DNA from: Eledone cirrhosa
Lineage: Eukaryota
DNA: 64,000 bases
NCBI GenBank assembly: GCA_964016885.1
Contig: OZ024750.1
Location: forward strand, 9,672,001 to 9,736,000
Reading direction: 5' to 3'
The notes under the pieces are model-generated. The model saw only the letters and a program-made list of their open reading frames with translations, was not told the DNA's origin and did not search any database. The position numbers and the translations under genes are program-made. Below are positions 13,009-26,417 of this stretch, piece after piece (positions within the stretch are counted from its first letter, which is position 1; each line of letters begins with the position of its first letter).

Positions 13009-14290
13009 AGTCTTCGTTACACCCTTTATACTTCATAGCATATATTGAATTGTTTGACAAATAGGGTAAATTATTTTATTATGGTAAGAGAGACGGGGGC
13101 AGTGAGTGAAAGTATTTTATTTACTTCTTGTTAGGTGTTTGACCATGGAAATATTCCCCCATGAAAATTGATTCGATTTAAACTAACACTAATCTCGTAG
13201 TTTTTTCATATATAATGACTCCTTGAAATGTGAGAGAGGAAATCACATTTTAATTATGACAGGGCACTAATTATAGTTAGGAGAGATATAAATTTGTGAC
13301 AAAGAGAATATTTTAAATGTAATAGTTCTAAGAATAAAAATTAAAATTAATTTCAGTTTAAAATTTGTCCTGATTTGAATATATACGATGTGTCCTCAAG
13401 TCCTACAATAAGGTCGACCATATTTTTTTTACTGTTGGAGTTTGGTTTATGGTGGATAATTTTTAAAGAGATTTTAGTTGTATTTTGCTTTTAATTGTGT
13501 ATTTTAAGAGGCTTTTATTTTATTCTAGGGTCTTATCTCAATAATGGAATGTTCTGGTGAATAATACTTTTGTATACCACTATTTCTAGAGTTGTGTGTT
13601 GTAATGTAGAATTAGGTATTGAATATATCCGAAGTATGTTTTGTTCTTCCTGTCTTGGATATCTTTTATTCTTTGCTATGTTCTATTATGTTATCTTTTG
13701 TCAATTGAAACATTTTTTATTGTTATCTACAGTTTTATAAATAACATTACGAATTATTTATAATTGTTTTGTTTTTTACACAATGAAAACATAAACACAT
13801 ATAATAAATGCAATTAATTATTGCTAGGAACCTCACAAATATAAACACATATACTAAATTCAATTAATTATTGCTAGGAACCTCACAAATATAATGCACA
13901 AAAATATATATGAGAGAAAGAACAACAAAACAGTCTTGTATTCCAAGATTCATAATGCCAACCAATTGTACAGACATTTCTTGCTAGATTAAACGGAATC
14001 TTCGTCTTTGTGTCTTGTACAGTTTAAGGTGAATAGCAAATATTGTTTAGAGTCCGTTGATTCATATTGGATGACAGGTTCAATGTTTGTGTCTATGTTT
14101 ACGATTAGAATGTCCAAGAATGTTTGTTAATCCTAACTACATTCCATTGTGAAGTTAATATTATTGTTTATGCTGTTAATTAAAGGTTTTGAAATCGTTG
14201 TGTTGGTCAAAGGTGAATCTACAGAATTAGGCGGTCATCTAAGTAACGATTCCAGTTTTCTAGCAAATATTTATGAAAGTCTAAGCCGTA
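12850..14290 (-). mobile_element. Decayed Penelope-like retroelement (RT C-terminal half to GIY-YIG region), with stops and frameshifts
   Basis: Manual minus-strand translation gives WNRYLDD (YLDD at 14234-14245), INFTMECS*D*QTFLDIL, TDSKQYLLFT, KTKIPFNLARNVCTI and RNRMITHCQHIRDRRTRQVPLS*HL, in the order expected for a PLE ORF. Confidence 0.8.
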
Positions 14291-14727
14291 TTTTAAGCTC
14301 AACTTTGAACACAATTATGACTTTTTCTCACATGTCACTAGTGAACGGACGTAGTAAAAAACATGTTATTCAGACATACAAAACAAAATCTTCAACCTGT
14401 CACTTAACGTATTGGATATACAGAGTTTTGATTCTTTTGGAAAGTACCTACATAATGGAGAACTTACAAAATTCTACCTAATTACGTAATCATCTTCAAC
14501 CAAACACAATTAGCAATTTCAGCCATGTTCTTTCCCTAAAACACGAGAAAGAATTATGGTAAAGCTCCACGGATACCTTTATTACTTTTGGAAATCGTCA
14601 ATGTGTGAAGCCGTTGTAAGGTAAGTGTTTGTAAATATATCTTCCTCAAAGTTCCAAGTGCATTTTCAAGCGCTTTTCTTTACATTTCTAACTACATGGG
14701 ATAAAAAAACCTTTTTCCTGTATATAT

Positions 14728-14945
14728 ATCATCATTGTTTAACGTCTCTCTCTCTCTCACGCTAGCATGGGTTAGACGGGTCTTCCCGTTTGGGACAAGT
14801 TTGGTCAGGTGATCGTGTCTAGCTCATACAGAACTGTTTCTGGTTTAGTTTCTACAGCTGGATGCCCTTCCTAACGCCAACAACATTTACAGTGTCGGCT
14901 GGTCACCTTTTGTCGTGATACCAATACAACCACATTACAGTGGGG
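14728..14945 (-). mobile_element. RTE-tailed SINE-like family C; other copies at 25668-25800, 33262-33530, 49595-49880, 59720-59978, 60245-60760, 63600-63880
   Basis: Shared (cat)n-gtttaacgtc...gctagcatgggttagacggg...tttctacagctggatgcccttcctaac.ccaac. Confidence 0.85.
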
Positions 14946-16071
14946 GCAGGGTATAAAGTCATGAGAGAAGGGTGGTGTGATCAGATGTATGCGGGGGGTG
15001 TTTTTTATTCCAAAATGACTGACTGTATAGGCACGTGTGTTTTTCTTTTCTGTCTCTTCCTCTTCTCGCTCTCTATCTTTCTATTTCATTTGATGAAGGA
15101 CTAGTGTCCTAAACGTTAAGACTCATTTCCTATTATTTCATGCATTAAACTCATATATTTCTTCATTGTATTGTATCGTTTGCTCTATTTCTGTTTACTT
15201 TTTACACACATTAATGTGAACAAAATTATCTACATACATGTACTGACAAAAATATCATATTGAAAATTAATAAATGAGAATCTTTGAATATCTTTCTTTG
15301 TAGAAGATTCACATTCACCTTTTAGACAAGTTGAAAAATTAAATCTATTAATATGAAGACAGTTTGTAATATTAAAATGAATATTAATATCTCAAAGTGA
15401 CTTCATATTTCTATCTAAACATTATGAAACAGGTCAAGTAGCTTTGGTTAGAAAAAAAACTAATCTGAGTACTTTTATTTATTTAATTAACAATTCACAC
15501 ATACCTACTTCATTTTTGTTTATTTAGTTTGAAAGTTATTTGTAATAATGGTATAAGGTGCCCAAGAACAAGTGTGGGTGTGTATTTATATATATAAGCA
15601 AAAGGGATATTCAATTTGTTGGTAATTCAACAAATATAAATGTTTATAACTGATTCAGAGCACTCGACAGATTTTCTGGAGTATAATATTCAATGATATT
15701 AAATAAATGGAAACTATATTTATAAAACCATATTTCTTCTATTATATATATTTCAAGGGTACCAAAACTTTGGTATGCTTTCATCAGATAAAATACAAAG
15801 TTTGTTTTATAAATTTTGACATAACCAAGAAAAAGATACCTTAACGGTTCAAGTTTTCCAAGGAAAACTTAAACCATTAAGTATCTGAAGACTCTGCCAA
15901 TTTGAGACCTTAGAATGACAATGATTTGATCATTAATAGTCATAATTAATAGTCTTTAGGAATAATTAATAATTTATTAAGCCAGATTAACAGTGATAAA
16001 TTTTTGATTAGATTCATTTGGATATCTTTTCTAGAAAGAAACATATAGAAAAATACTTGCAAGATATTATG

Positions 16072-16592
16072 AATTGAAGTATAGGTACCTCAATTGAAGT
16101 ATAGGTACCTCAATTGAAGTATAGGTACCTCAATTGAAGTATAGGTACCTCAATTTAAGTATAGGTACCTCAATTGAAGTATAGGTTCCTCAATTGAAGT
16201 ATAAACACCTTGATTAAAGTATAATCACCTTAGTTGAAGTATAGGTACCTCAATTGAAGTATGGGCACATCAATTGAAGTGTAGGTACCTCAATTGAAGT
16301 ATAAGCACATCAATTGAAGTGTAGGTACCTCAATTGAAGTGTAGGTACCTCAATTGAAGTGTAGGTACCTCAATTGAAGTGTAGGTACCTCAATTGAAGT
16401 GTAGGTACCTCAATTGAAGTGTAGGCACCACAATTGAAGTGTAGGCACCACAATTGAAGTATGGGCACATCAATTGAAGTGTAGGTACCTCAATTGAAGT
16501 GTAAGCACATCAATTGAAGTATAGGTACCTCAATAGAAGTGTAAGTACATCAATTGAAGTATAGGTATCTCAATTGAAGTGTAAGTACATCA
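16072..16592. repeat. 20-bp minisatellite (aattgaagtataggtacctc)n, about 26 units
   Basis: Exact 20-bp periodicity; the unit contains palindromes aggtacct and tcaattga. Confidence 0.95.
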
Positions 16593-16603
16593 AACTTCAT
16601 TTG

Positions 16604-16908
16604 TTAACCCTTTGATACCAACCTACCTGAAACTACTCATTGATTTGGTAATACATACCTCTGGTCTTATAACATTGATTATTGATTTGGTAATAGATAC
16701 CTCTGGTCAAGCTATTGATCATTGATATGGTAATAGATACCTCTGGTCAAGCTATTGATCATTGATATGGTAATAGATACCTCTGGTCAAGCTATTGATC
16801 ATTGATATGGTAATAGATACCTCTGGTCAAGCTATTGATCATTGATATGGTAATAGATACCTCTGATCAAGCTATTGATCATTGATTTGGTGATAGACAC
16901 CTCTGGTT
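16604..16908. repeat. TTAA-CCC MITE terminus running into a 40-bp minisatellite (attgatatggtaatagatacctctggtcaagctattgatc)n, about 6 units
   Basis: TTAAccctttgataccaacctacctgaaac at 16604; 40-bp period from 16681. Confidence 0.9.
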
Positions 16909-19900
16909 ATATAACAACAGGTCGCGCTATTGTTGATATTTATTATACTAGTATAAAATAAATGAATCTTTGATTCATGAAGTTTTTATGATGGATATTC
17001 CAGTTGTTTGATCACATAAACTGCTTATTGTCCAATATGTCATTCAAAGTGATCAAACATGCAAACACAAAACTATTAAGTAAACTTCTTAACCATTCAA
17101 CCATGCTTGCTTTCACAATTTCGATACTAAATACATATTAGCGTTATCATAGTAAATATTTATATTTCAGTTGGTGTGACTCCCATTGCTTTATATTAAT
17201 TGTTATAATCTCTTCAAATGAAACATTCTACTAGTAATAAGAAATGAGAATCATAAAAATACTAGAAAATGGAATATAATAATATTTCATGTGACCAGAG
17301 TATCAGGTGATGTTTGTGAAGGGGTGAGAATGTGGTGGGGGAGATTCACTTTTCCAATATCTCAGCTTCACAATTACCTACTGTAATGTCATGAGTAGTT
17401 TTGAGTTACTTAAAAGGTCTTTAGAGGGAAGTGCCAGTGTTTCCTTTTATGGTGTTTGTTTAAAGAAGTGTGATGATTGATTTTTGATTGATTTTCTTGG
17501 TGTCCAGTTTCTTTTGTAAATTGTGTGTGTATGTATGTGGGTATGTATGTATATGTGTATGTGGGGCATGTATGTGTGCATGGTATGTATTTATGTGTGC
17601 ATGTATGTGTAACCCATAATGTGTGGTGGAGTCGTAGGGGTGCCGTAGTGTCATACAGCATCACTTGGACATTTTTAAAACCTGACAGAGCCCGTCACCT
17701 TTCCATGTCTGAACACAGTTTATTTCTCCCAGTGAAGGAGAGAAAGTGATAGAGAAGAAGTGAGATAGAGATGAAGAAACGACCCTCGGAATGGACTGGT
17801 ACTCTTTTTATCGATTTCAAAAGGGTGAAAGGCAAAGTTAACCTCGGCTAGATTTGAACTCGGAGAACCAGAACAAATACAACAAAGCATTCTTTCCTAC
17901 AATCTAACAACTCTGCCAATTATATACTATTGGTAATTGTTGAAATATTGCTGCAATCAATTAGATGTGATTTTAATTGAGTGGTGATTTCAAAACTGAT
18001 AACACTCCAGTAAAACTAAGACTTTATAGTATCTGAGTTGCAGCAGCTTTTCTTTCTGTTGTAAAGTTTTACAACTCCTTTTTCTAAACTGGTATGGGGG
18101 AAATGGTGGTATTTGCTGAAGTAATTGATTTTTACAGCTGAGTCCTCTTTTTACTGATGACCTACAAAACCTTGTAACTACTGTAAATCACAAAGGAATG
18201 TCTTAAGGAATGGAATGGAGAGAAAAGAAAATCAATGGTAAACAGCAAACAACAGACACACAAAATAAATATAGCAATTGAGGAGAAAGCCAATTGAACA
18301 GACACCAAAGATAATAGACCTGGGTTATATCCAATCAAAAAACAGGAAACGCGAAGCAGAACCAAAAGAGGAATTGAGATATCTTAAATGTCATTTGAAA
18401 AAATTTCAAATTTACTAACATCAAGAAAAATATTTTTTTAGTTAAATGAAAAACCTTGTTGACTCTTATCAAGATGAAGCGAGCAGGTATATATTTGAAT
18501 AATATAAAAATGAGAAAACTCATCGCTAAAACAGCTGTTAAAACAGCCAAAGGCTGTTTAGTGACAGCAATGGGCAAAAATGCCTCCGAGGCCAATGGTC
18601 AACAGAGAGACAATCCACGAGGTGGGTGACAGGCAGATGAAATATAGAAAAGATTGAGAAAAGAAGAATACAAGGAGAGATGTGTTGTCACACAGAAGTG
18701 ACTGGAAGAAGGAAATAAAGAAAGGTGATGTACAAGACAAGTTCACACACATACATCTTCACCCTCATCAGCTCTCAAACCAGCATGGCTTCTATGACTT
18801 TCTCAGTGGTTTCTGAGACTTTCTTAGACATATTTCAGTTTTAAAAAAGCAACAAGAATTACTTCTGTTATTGCTAAGAAACAGACCCAATATATTTTCC
18901 TTCTACATATATGAAAGCTATTTTTAAGCTCATTGATCCTTATCAGTTCTTGGGGTAATAATTATTCAGCGTCTAAGACAGGTAAGCAGATTCATAAATC
19001 AGGATATTCTTTTGTAGCAACAACCAGATTGGTGGGAACGTTTTGCTGAATTTCAAAAGTGTGCATAGCGCATCATCTTGATGTGTGTATTACATGCAAG
19101 TGTGTGTTTGGAAAAATATGTAACCAAGCATACATATACACAGATAAGAGGGAACTCTGATTGTGAAAGAAGCAAACACTGCGAAGCATAAAAGAACTAG
19201 ACTGAGAGAAAGAAAGATAGATGGAAAATGGGTGAAACGAAGGAAGAACATTTAAAAAAAGAGAAAAGTGAGGTGATGAGAGAGGGAGAGAGAGAAATTT
19301 CTAGAAGGCTACTTGTAGACATTGAAAGGTCAAATTAATTTCCTTCTTAAACTGTTTCCATCCTTTTCATTTTAAATGATTGACCTCAGGGTACACAGTT
19401 TAAGTGGTTATAACTAGTTAGTAGTGAATACTGGATTAAAGTTGATGAATAAATAAAGACCTTGAATTTTTCTGGGGTTTTTTAGTTTGTTTTTCAGTAC
19501 ATGTATATTCCATTACTGCAGACTAAACATACACTTTTAGCTGCAATCTATGAAATCAAACTTAATATTGACGAAGAAATATACAGCACAGCAATTTAAG
19601 CTTGTATAACAACATCTTACAACTGGGAAGATTCAAAGCCCTGGAATATTGCAGTAAGCTATAAAAGGTGTTGAAAGATTTTATACAAACATCATCAATA
19701 AATTTTAACATTACCAAAGTGTTGAAAAATCCATTTCTGCTATGATAAATATTAATGAGGTTAACACAAATGTAAGTAAATTGAAAGGTTTTTCTTTTAA
19801 TCAATTACTCTAAGGAAGAAGGAAAGTAATCATAATGTTTTAAGCAGGTCCTCGTACACAGGAAAATAAGGATAGCAGAATGAGGTTGTAGAGAAAATAC

Positions 19901-20206
19901 AAACTATGTGTGTAAGTGCCAAAGGTAAATGAGTGTGAGGAGAAGAGATTGAACAAAGAGCTTAGAATAGGTTTTAGATGTTAGAAGGGAGATAGAATAA
20001 GATTTGGTATAGGAATATAGGAAGAGGTGTGGTTGGAATGAATGTGTTGAGATAGAGAAAAAAAGATCTGGCATAGGTGTGTGGCTAAGAAATTCACTTT
20101 CAAACCATATGGTTCCAGGTTTAATCTCAGTGTGACACCTTGGAGAAATATTTTAAACTACTAGTGGAATTTAGTTGACAGAAAATATGCAGAAGCCTGT
20201 TGTGTT

Positions 20207-20243
<37 letters not shown>

Positions 20244-22514
20244 TTGTATATATGATTCCATGTATTTATGTGTCCATGAAAAAAGTCCCTAATGGTTAGA
20301 ATACTTAACAAAGGATCTTAATGTTGTCAGTTCGATTCCTGGACAGGCTGCTGTGTTGTGTTCTTGAGCAAAACACTTTATTTCACATTACTCCAGTACA
20401 CTCAGCTGAGAGTGGGTACCAGCAGTAGCTGGGAAGTTAAACCTGTGGTAGCCCAGCGTCCTATCCAGGAGACTAATGTTGGATTAGAACCCAGAAAATT
20501 GTGAACGGAAAGTGAACTTCTAAATTGTAGTAGCAACATGACTGATATATGAAATGCATTGCATATAAGTGTTTGTGTGTGTATATATGTAAGTTTATGT
20601 TTGTGTGTATGTGTATATATATATATGTGTGTATGTTTGTGTATATACGTGAGTATGTATGTGTATATATGTATGTTTGTGTGTGTATATATATATATAT
20701 ATGTACATATGTATGTTTGTATGTGTACATATGACATTAGTTATAAATAAATATACAAGCAGACGTCGAATATTATTATTATGGTTGATTTATTGCTATA
20801 TATATATATATTTTATTTAAATGTTTAATATTTTATTTTTTGACTCTGCTTCATTAGTAACGTAAAATATATTGGGGAAATAGTCATTAATAAAGACTGG
20901 ATTATTTAGTTTAATTAATTTTATCAAGTTCATATGTGGGTTGATAATCTATGTATGTGTGTGTACATATATATATGTGTGTGTATAATATATATATATA
21001 TATATACACACACACACCCTACATATACACACACACACCCTACATATACACACACACTCAAACACACACATCTATATATAGAGAGAGAGATAGAGATGGG
21101 GGAGATTAGATTTATACAGAAACATTACTTGTCCTCCTCCACCCCCAAGAAATATTATATAGCATTGATTCTTTTTTTCTTTTTCTGAACATAAATGAGA
21201 TGTGGCCTCCCTCCTTCCCTCTTCCCAACGCCACCCCTACCTGTCTGGGAGGACAGAAACTCTGATTAAATACTGACCTGGTCTGTCATGTCCTGGTCAA
21301 CTTATACCAACATGAAAGAATGAACCTATGATGGTGGTGTATATTAATTGGTATGTTATTTGTAAATCAATGATAATGTAGGAATAGTTAGGAAACTAAT
21401 GTGTGTTTATATGTATTCAGAGACAACGATTGATTTAGGCACAAGGCCAACAATTAAATCAACCCCAGTATGTTACTGGTGCTTTATTTATTGACTTCAT
21501 AAGGCTGAAAGGCAAAGCTAACCTCTGCGTGGTTTGAACTCAGAACATGAAGGGCCGTAACTCTATACCGCAAAGCATGTCCGATGCTCTACCGATTCTG
21601 TCAATCCACCACAAAATAATAAACCGACTCCAAGATCAGTGTTTCAACCATAACCAGCTTGTCTTATTTACCATTCCCTATGGTAACCAAATTTATTGAT
21701 AGCCAATAAATTATCTGTGATTTACAATAATCAAACAGAATCGACATCAAGATCAAAGCTTAGATATTTACTGTTATTGTTTAGAGAGAGATTTAATGAA
21801 TATTTATTTCCGTTTGTATTTAAAAGACAAAAATGCCTCATAAAACGAGGATTTAATAAAGATACCTTTTGAAAAATAATCATATCTTTAATAAAAACAA
21901 ACATAATTTTACCAATTTTTTTTTTAATTATATATTTTACGGTTTTGTCTGAAGAGGCGGGAGGGGAATATAAAGACTTTTTTTTTTTTTTTTGCAGAGT
22001 TTCTGAGAATAGGAATGGTGTGGCTGCAGGAAAAAGAAAGAATGACAGTGTATGTGTGTGTGGTGGAGTTTGTAGTAAAAAGCAGTATATCAATATAGTA
22101 GTTTTTACTGAGATCAGAGAATGTTTGAAATGAAGTAGACTCTGCTAAAAACATCCCCACAAAAACAGGTATTGATGTTATGTCAGCTATATTTTACAAA
22201 CCAAAGTTATGCAATGATGGAAAATATTAAAAAAAGGATAACAATAAAATTAAGTAATGTAAAAAGGGGGGAAGGGGTAAAGAAGGGCGGATCTGGCTGT
22301 ATAGGAAAGTAAAGGAAAGGACTATAAATGCCATAAATGAGAAGAAAAGGAGGGATAGAGCAAGGAGTATTAGGCAAGAAAGAAAGAGAGGATGCCAGAT
22401 TCTACACCTATGTTGGAGTGGTGTTTCAGCTATACCCTGCAGACAATGGCCAGTGACATCCACTGCAACAGCCACTCCACCTGGTGGGGCTCTTTCTTCA
22501 GACAGGCTGCTGAC

Positions 22515-22705
22515 GTTCTGACTGTACTAGTGGAAGGAAGCTGCAGTAGAGGAAGACCAAGGTAAACTTTGTCAGGGATGATAGAGTTGATATATTAGTT
22601 CAAAAGAGAAGATAAAGGAATGCATCAAGTGAAGGCAGGCTGTGCTTCAGAGGAACCATCTAACTCATGCAAGCTTGGAAAACTGACATAAATTGATAAT
22701 GATTA
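22515..22705 (+). mobile_element. Old RTE LINE 3' remnant
   Basis: Translates VLVEGSCSRGRPR and is followed by a ctaactcatgcaagcttggaaaactgacat tail similar to the RTE/SINE tail. Confidence 0.55.
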
Positions 22706-23718
22706 TTATATGTAAGAACTTGTGTTGTGATAGGAAATAGATGAAGGCCTCTTTTAACAATACAGAATATAGAGAATTATAAACTTTAGTCAATACTTTA
22801 GCTTTAACACTCTCATACATACATACAATTGTGTGTAAAATGAACTGTCAACATTAAACTACACCAAAACCATTTATTTTATTTGTTTTTCTCTCTAACT
22901 GTTTAGAAACTCACAAAAGCAATAAATTTTTTTTTCTTCTTCTGAGTAATGTATTTTACAATGAAATTATTATTTAGACTGTTCAATAAATTTATTTGAA
23001 CAAGGGGTTAATAAATTTTCCTTTTTCCCTCACCATTAATGAATTACAAAGAAGAATTTTTTTCATCTTTCAACTTCCATTCACTGTCTGATTCAACCTT
23101 CATGTCCCCTTATTATATTTTTGAAAATATCTAATATGTATATCTTTTTTTTTTTTTTTTTTGCAATATAAATATAAAACCTGGCTCTTTCATTGAATTG
23201 TTATAGGTATAAATATTATTTGTGTTATCATTGTCAATTATTATATATAAACTAACAATTTAGATAACTTGCCCCCACTCCAAAAAAAAATTCTTGTAAA
23301 AATTAATTATTTCATCCATGTAATAGTAAAGTTTTATATCAATAACTTATAATTTTATGTGTGAATTGTTAACAGGAGAGACCAGTAAATAACATTATTT
23401 TCTCTCATCTAGGTTTATTGACTAAAAAAACTAACAATTTCTGAGGTAATTGCTCTGCAAATGTTTATATTCTCTGGTTTGTGTTTCGTAGTTTCAGTTC
23501 TTTTCGACATATAACCATTTATTTTATTTCTAATTGAATTATTTTGAATTTATTGGCTTTATATGAGATATATAGCTTAGTTGGTTATATCATATCAATG
23601 AAAATATTTTCATTCAACATTTTGCCTTTTTTTTAAATTCTTTAAGATAAGTCTTAAACCCCCAAAAAGGAAAGCAAATAGGGGGAAATACTTTCATTGT
23701 TCTATCTTATTATAGCTG

Positions 23719-24661
23719 GCAGGCGGACCCGGCTGTCAGTGGAGAATCCACCTCGTCATTCTATAGAGGGCTGGTGGTTAGCAGGTGCGACGACGCCCTC
23801 GGAGAAGCCCTAGTCATGGAGGAAGACGAACTGGCCAACCTGTTCGGTAGGACATTCAGCCCGGGACCCATGGATAACTTCCAGAGGTCCCTGGCCTGGC
23901 AATGCTACAGAAGGGCTCTGCCCGTTCGAGAAAGGCTCTACAGACACGGGCGCCCGGGTAGGGACCCATCGAAAAAGATCTGTCCCAGATGCGTGTGCGA
24001 CGAGGAAACCGTTGCACACGCACTGGTACACTGCTCGGGCATTGCCGATCTGTGGGGCTATGTCGAACAACTGCTGTCAAGGGTGGGACCGATCCGGTTG
24101 ACCACCGAGTCTATTGTAACGATCAAGCCGCCTCCCCTCTTCAAAAACGAAGGAGAGGCGGTGTTTCTGTGCGTAATAGCCATGGCGAAAGAGGTTGTAT
24201 GGTGGACGCGTCTGAAAGGACTGAGGTCAGACACCTTTCTCTCTGGCCAACAACTGGTCCGTTTCTTCCGATATCATTTCGGAAGAAGGATCAGGATGGA
24301 GAGAGAGGTGCTGCACCCCAGCCGTTTCTATGAAAGATGGGTGAAAGTGGCGAGAATGGCCCGTGTGAATGGGCCTTCACTCTACATCAGACTATAGGTG
24401 AGGAAGATGAAAGACCAAGGGAGCACCCCTTCTCTGTGCTCCTGAGGAGAAGGGTTGCACACTTTTTTCGGGGGTGTGTGCGACCCCCCAAGGCGCCTCC
24501 TCTCTATTGAGGACTTTGTTATAAATTTTATTTTTTGTTATATTTTATTTTATTTTTATATATTGTTATTGCCTCCTCCTTATTGAGGACGCCTTGTTTT
24601 GTAAACTCCCCCCATTGTACTTGTCCCACTTTTGATGCCCTGGTGGCAAATAAAAGAAACA
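23719..24661 (+). mobile_element. Young 5'-truncated L1/Tx1-clade LINE insertion with 16-bp TSD
   Basis: GC/CpG-rich island. TSD tatcttattatagctg at 23703-23718 and 24662-24677. The 3' UTR ends aataaaagaaaca. Confidence 0.9.
23720..24397 (+). CDS. C-terminal fragment of LINE ORF2 (zf-RVT-like CCHC zinc knuckle); no native start
   Basis: The frame is open from the 5' junction (QADPAVSGESTSSFYRGL...) to the stop. It contains W.C...ALPVRERL and CPRCVCDEETVAHALVHC (CX2CX8HX4C) followed by W. Confidence 0.8.
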   Translation, partial: QADPAVSGESTSSFYRGLVVSRCDDALGEALVMEEDELANLFGRTFSPGPMDNFQRSLAWQCYRRALPVRERLYRHGRPGRDPSKKICPRCVCDEETVAHALVHCSGIADLWGYVEQLLSRVGPIRLTTESIVTIKPPPLFKNEGEAVFLCVIAMAKEVVWWTRLKGLRSDTFLSGQQLVRFFRYHFGRRIRMEREVLHPSRFYERWVKVARMARVNGPSLYIRL

Positions 24662-24863
24662 TATCTTATTATAGCTGAATATTCTAGTTCCTGGTTCATT
24701 ACAAAGAGGTGTGCCATGGAAAAATGCTGGGGTAAACAAACAGAATTTTGCATATTTGAGAGGCAGTAGCTACACACACAGTGATATCGCCTGGTCCAGG
24801 AATTGAACTCTCAACCTCACAATTGTGAATCCAGTTCTCTAACCACTAAGCCACATGCCTTCA

Positions 24864-25275
24864 TTAAAGGTTAGATTTGGGATTAATTAAGTCAGTTTCC
24901 TATAAACGACTCCAAATTCACAGCCATACAAGCGAAAAAAATTCAGAAAAAATACTTGATACCTAATCAGATACCTATACAAATATTATTTCTGCACATT
25001 TGGGAATATTTTGTCGTAGAAATTAAAATTACTACATAGTAAACATTATTTTAATGAAGGCTGAAAAATACGTATTTATAATGATGTGTGGGCTATGCTG
25101 GAAAAACCACCCTATATTGTCTAAAAAATATTCAAAAATATAAATTGGATTAGCTCAGAAGTGGGCCACGCGAAGTAGAGTAGTTGGTTGTTCCAGCTCA
25201 TCTCTCTTGCTATCCTCCGGGGGTCAATGTCTTCTCTATCCTGTCTGCCGGGAACACCAGGCGGACTGACCCTTA
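24864..25275. mobile_element. Possible Kolobok-like non-autonomous DNA element
   Basis: TTAA-aggttag ... ctgaccc-TTAA imperfect termini. The right part (25180-25265) is homologous to 6945-7025. Confidence 0.4.
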
Positions 25276-25525
25276 AGTTTCATTTCATATTTTTTATTTG
25301 TATATTTTTAATTGATTTTTTTTCTCTTTTTATCTGACGTGACAAGAGAGTTCTCTCCCTTGCTTCTCACCATCTAATCACTCACCCAAAAGGGGAGTTT
25401 CGGTCGTAAAATTGTGAGGATAATCTCAGTTGATTCAATGTTTTCACTCGCCATATCTTGAATTTTAAACTTTACTCGTATGTCTATATTTTATGAAGAG
25501 CTCTCCCTTCGGACACTCTCGCTTA

Positions 25526-25568
<43 letters not shown>

Positions 25569-25887
25569 CATTCGTATGAAATCTCTCTCTTATATTCCAT
25601 TCGTATGAAATCTCTGTCTTATATTCCATTCGTATGAAATCATCAGGAATGTATAAATGCCTATACTCATCATCATCATCGTTTAACGTCCATTTTTCCA
25701 CGCTAGCATGGGTTACTCGAGTTGCCCCGTTGTGAGATAAGCCAGGTCCAAAGACCATGTCTTACTAATACAGAACTGTTTCTGGCTTGGTTTCTACGGC
25801 TAGGTTCCATTGGGAATCCACCCATAATTACACACACACACACACACACATATATACACATACACACACACACTAAAGTAAACATAT

Positions 25888-25961
25888 GCAGTGTCCCCCA
25901 AAAATGTATACACACTTCAACAACAATCTAATAAATGTATACATTTTGGAGGAGGGGCACC

Positions 25962-25965
<4 letters not shown>
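25888..25965. mobile_element. Tc1/mariner-type miniature hairpin MITE
   Basis: gtgtcccccaaaaatgtatacac ... tgtatacattttggaggaggggcaccc; same family as 29450 and 49905. Confidence 0.65.
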
Positions 25966-26004
<39 letters not shown>

Positions 26005-26315
26005 GATGTGAACACAAACAGTCTAGCTTCTCGACTTGCTAGAAGGGATAATAGGCATGTTGGAAGAGGGCTGGACGGGAGCTCAGTAACAAGACAACAC
26101 ATACAGTATGAAAACTCACTTACACACGCATACAGTATAAAAAATCATTCACACACACACACACACACACAACTAAAATTAGACTTCTCTTCCTGACGGC
26201 ATAAAATTTATTCCATTGTTTGTCTTACTCTGTTACTTTTTACTTTTTGTCGACACTGAACATTCACTAATTTCCTCCTCAGATACTGGGTTGCTCCAAA
26301 TACCGCATTCACCTA

Positions 26316-26353
<38 letters not shown>

Positions 26354-26376
26354 CATACATTCACACACACACACAC

Positions 26377-26417
<41 letters not shown>

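Noticed and set aside
14149-14481. 110-aa plus-strand ORF
   Set aside because: It is antisense to the Penelope RT remnant and has no recognisable motif.
16072-16908. CRISPR-like regular arrays (also 981-2091, 42965-43193, 51673-51932)
   Set aside because: The units are contiguous with no unique spacers, there are no cas genes, and the context is eukaryotic.
17005-17059. 11-bp stem tgtttgatcac/gtgatcaaaca as a miRNA or snoRNA
   Set aside because: The stem does not extend and there are no convincing box motifs.
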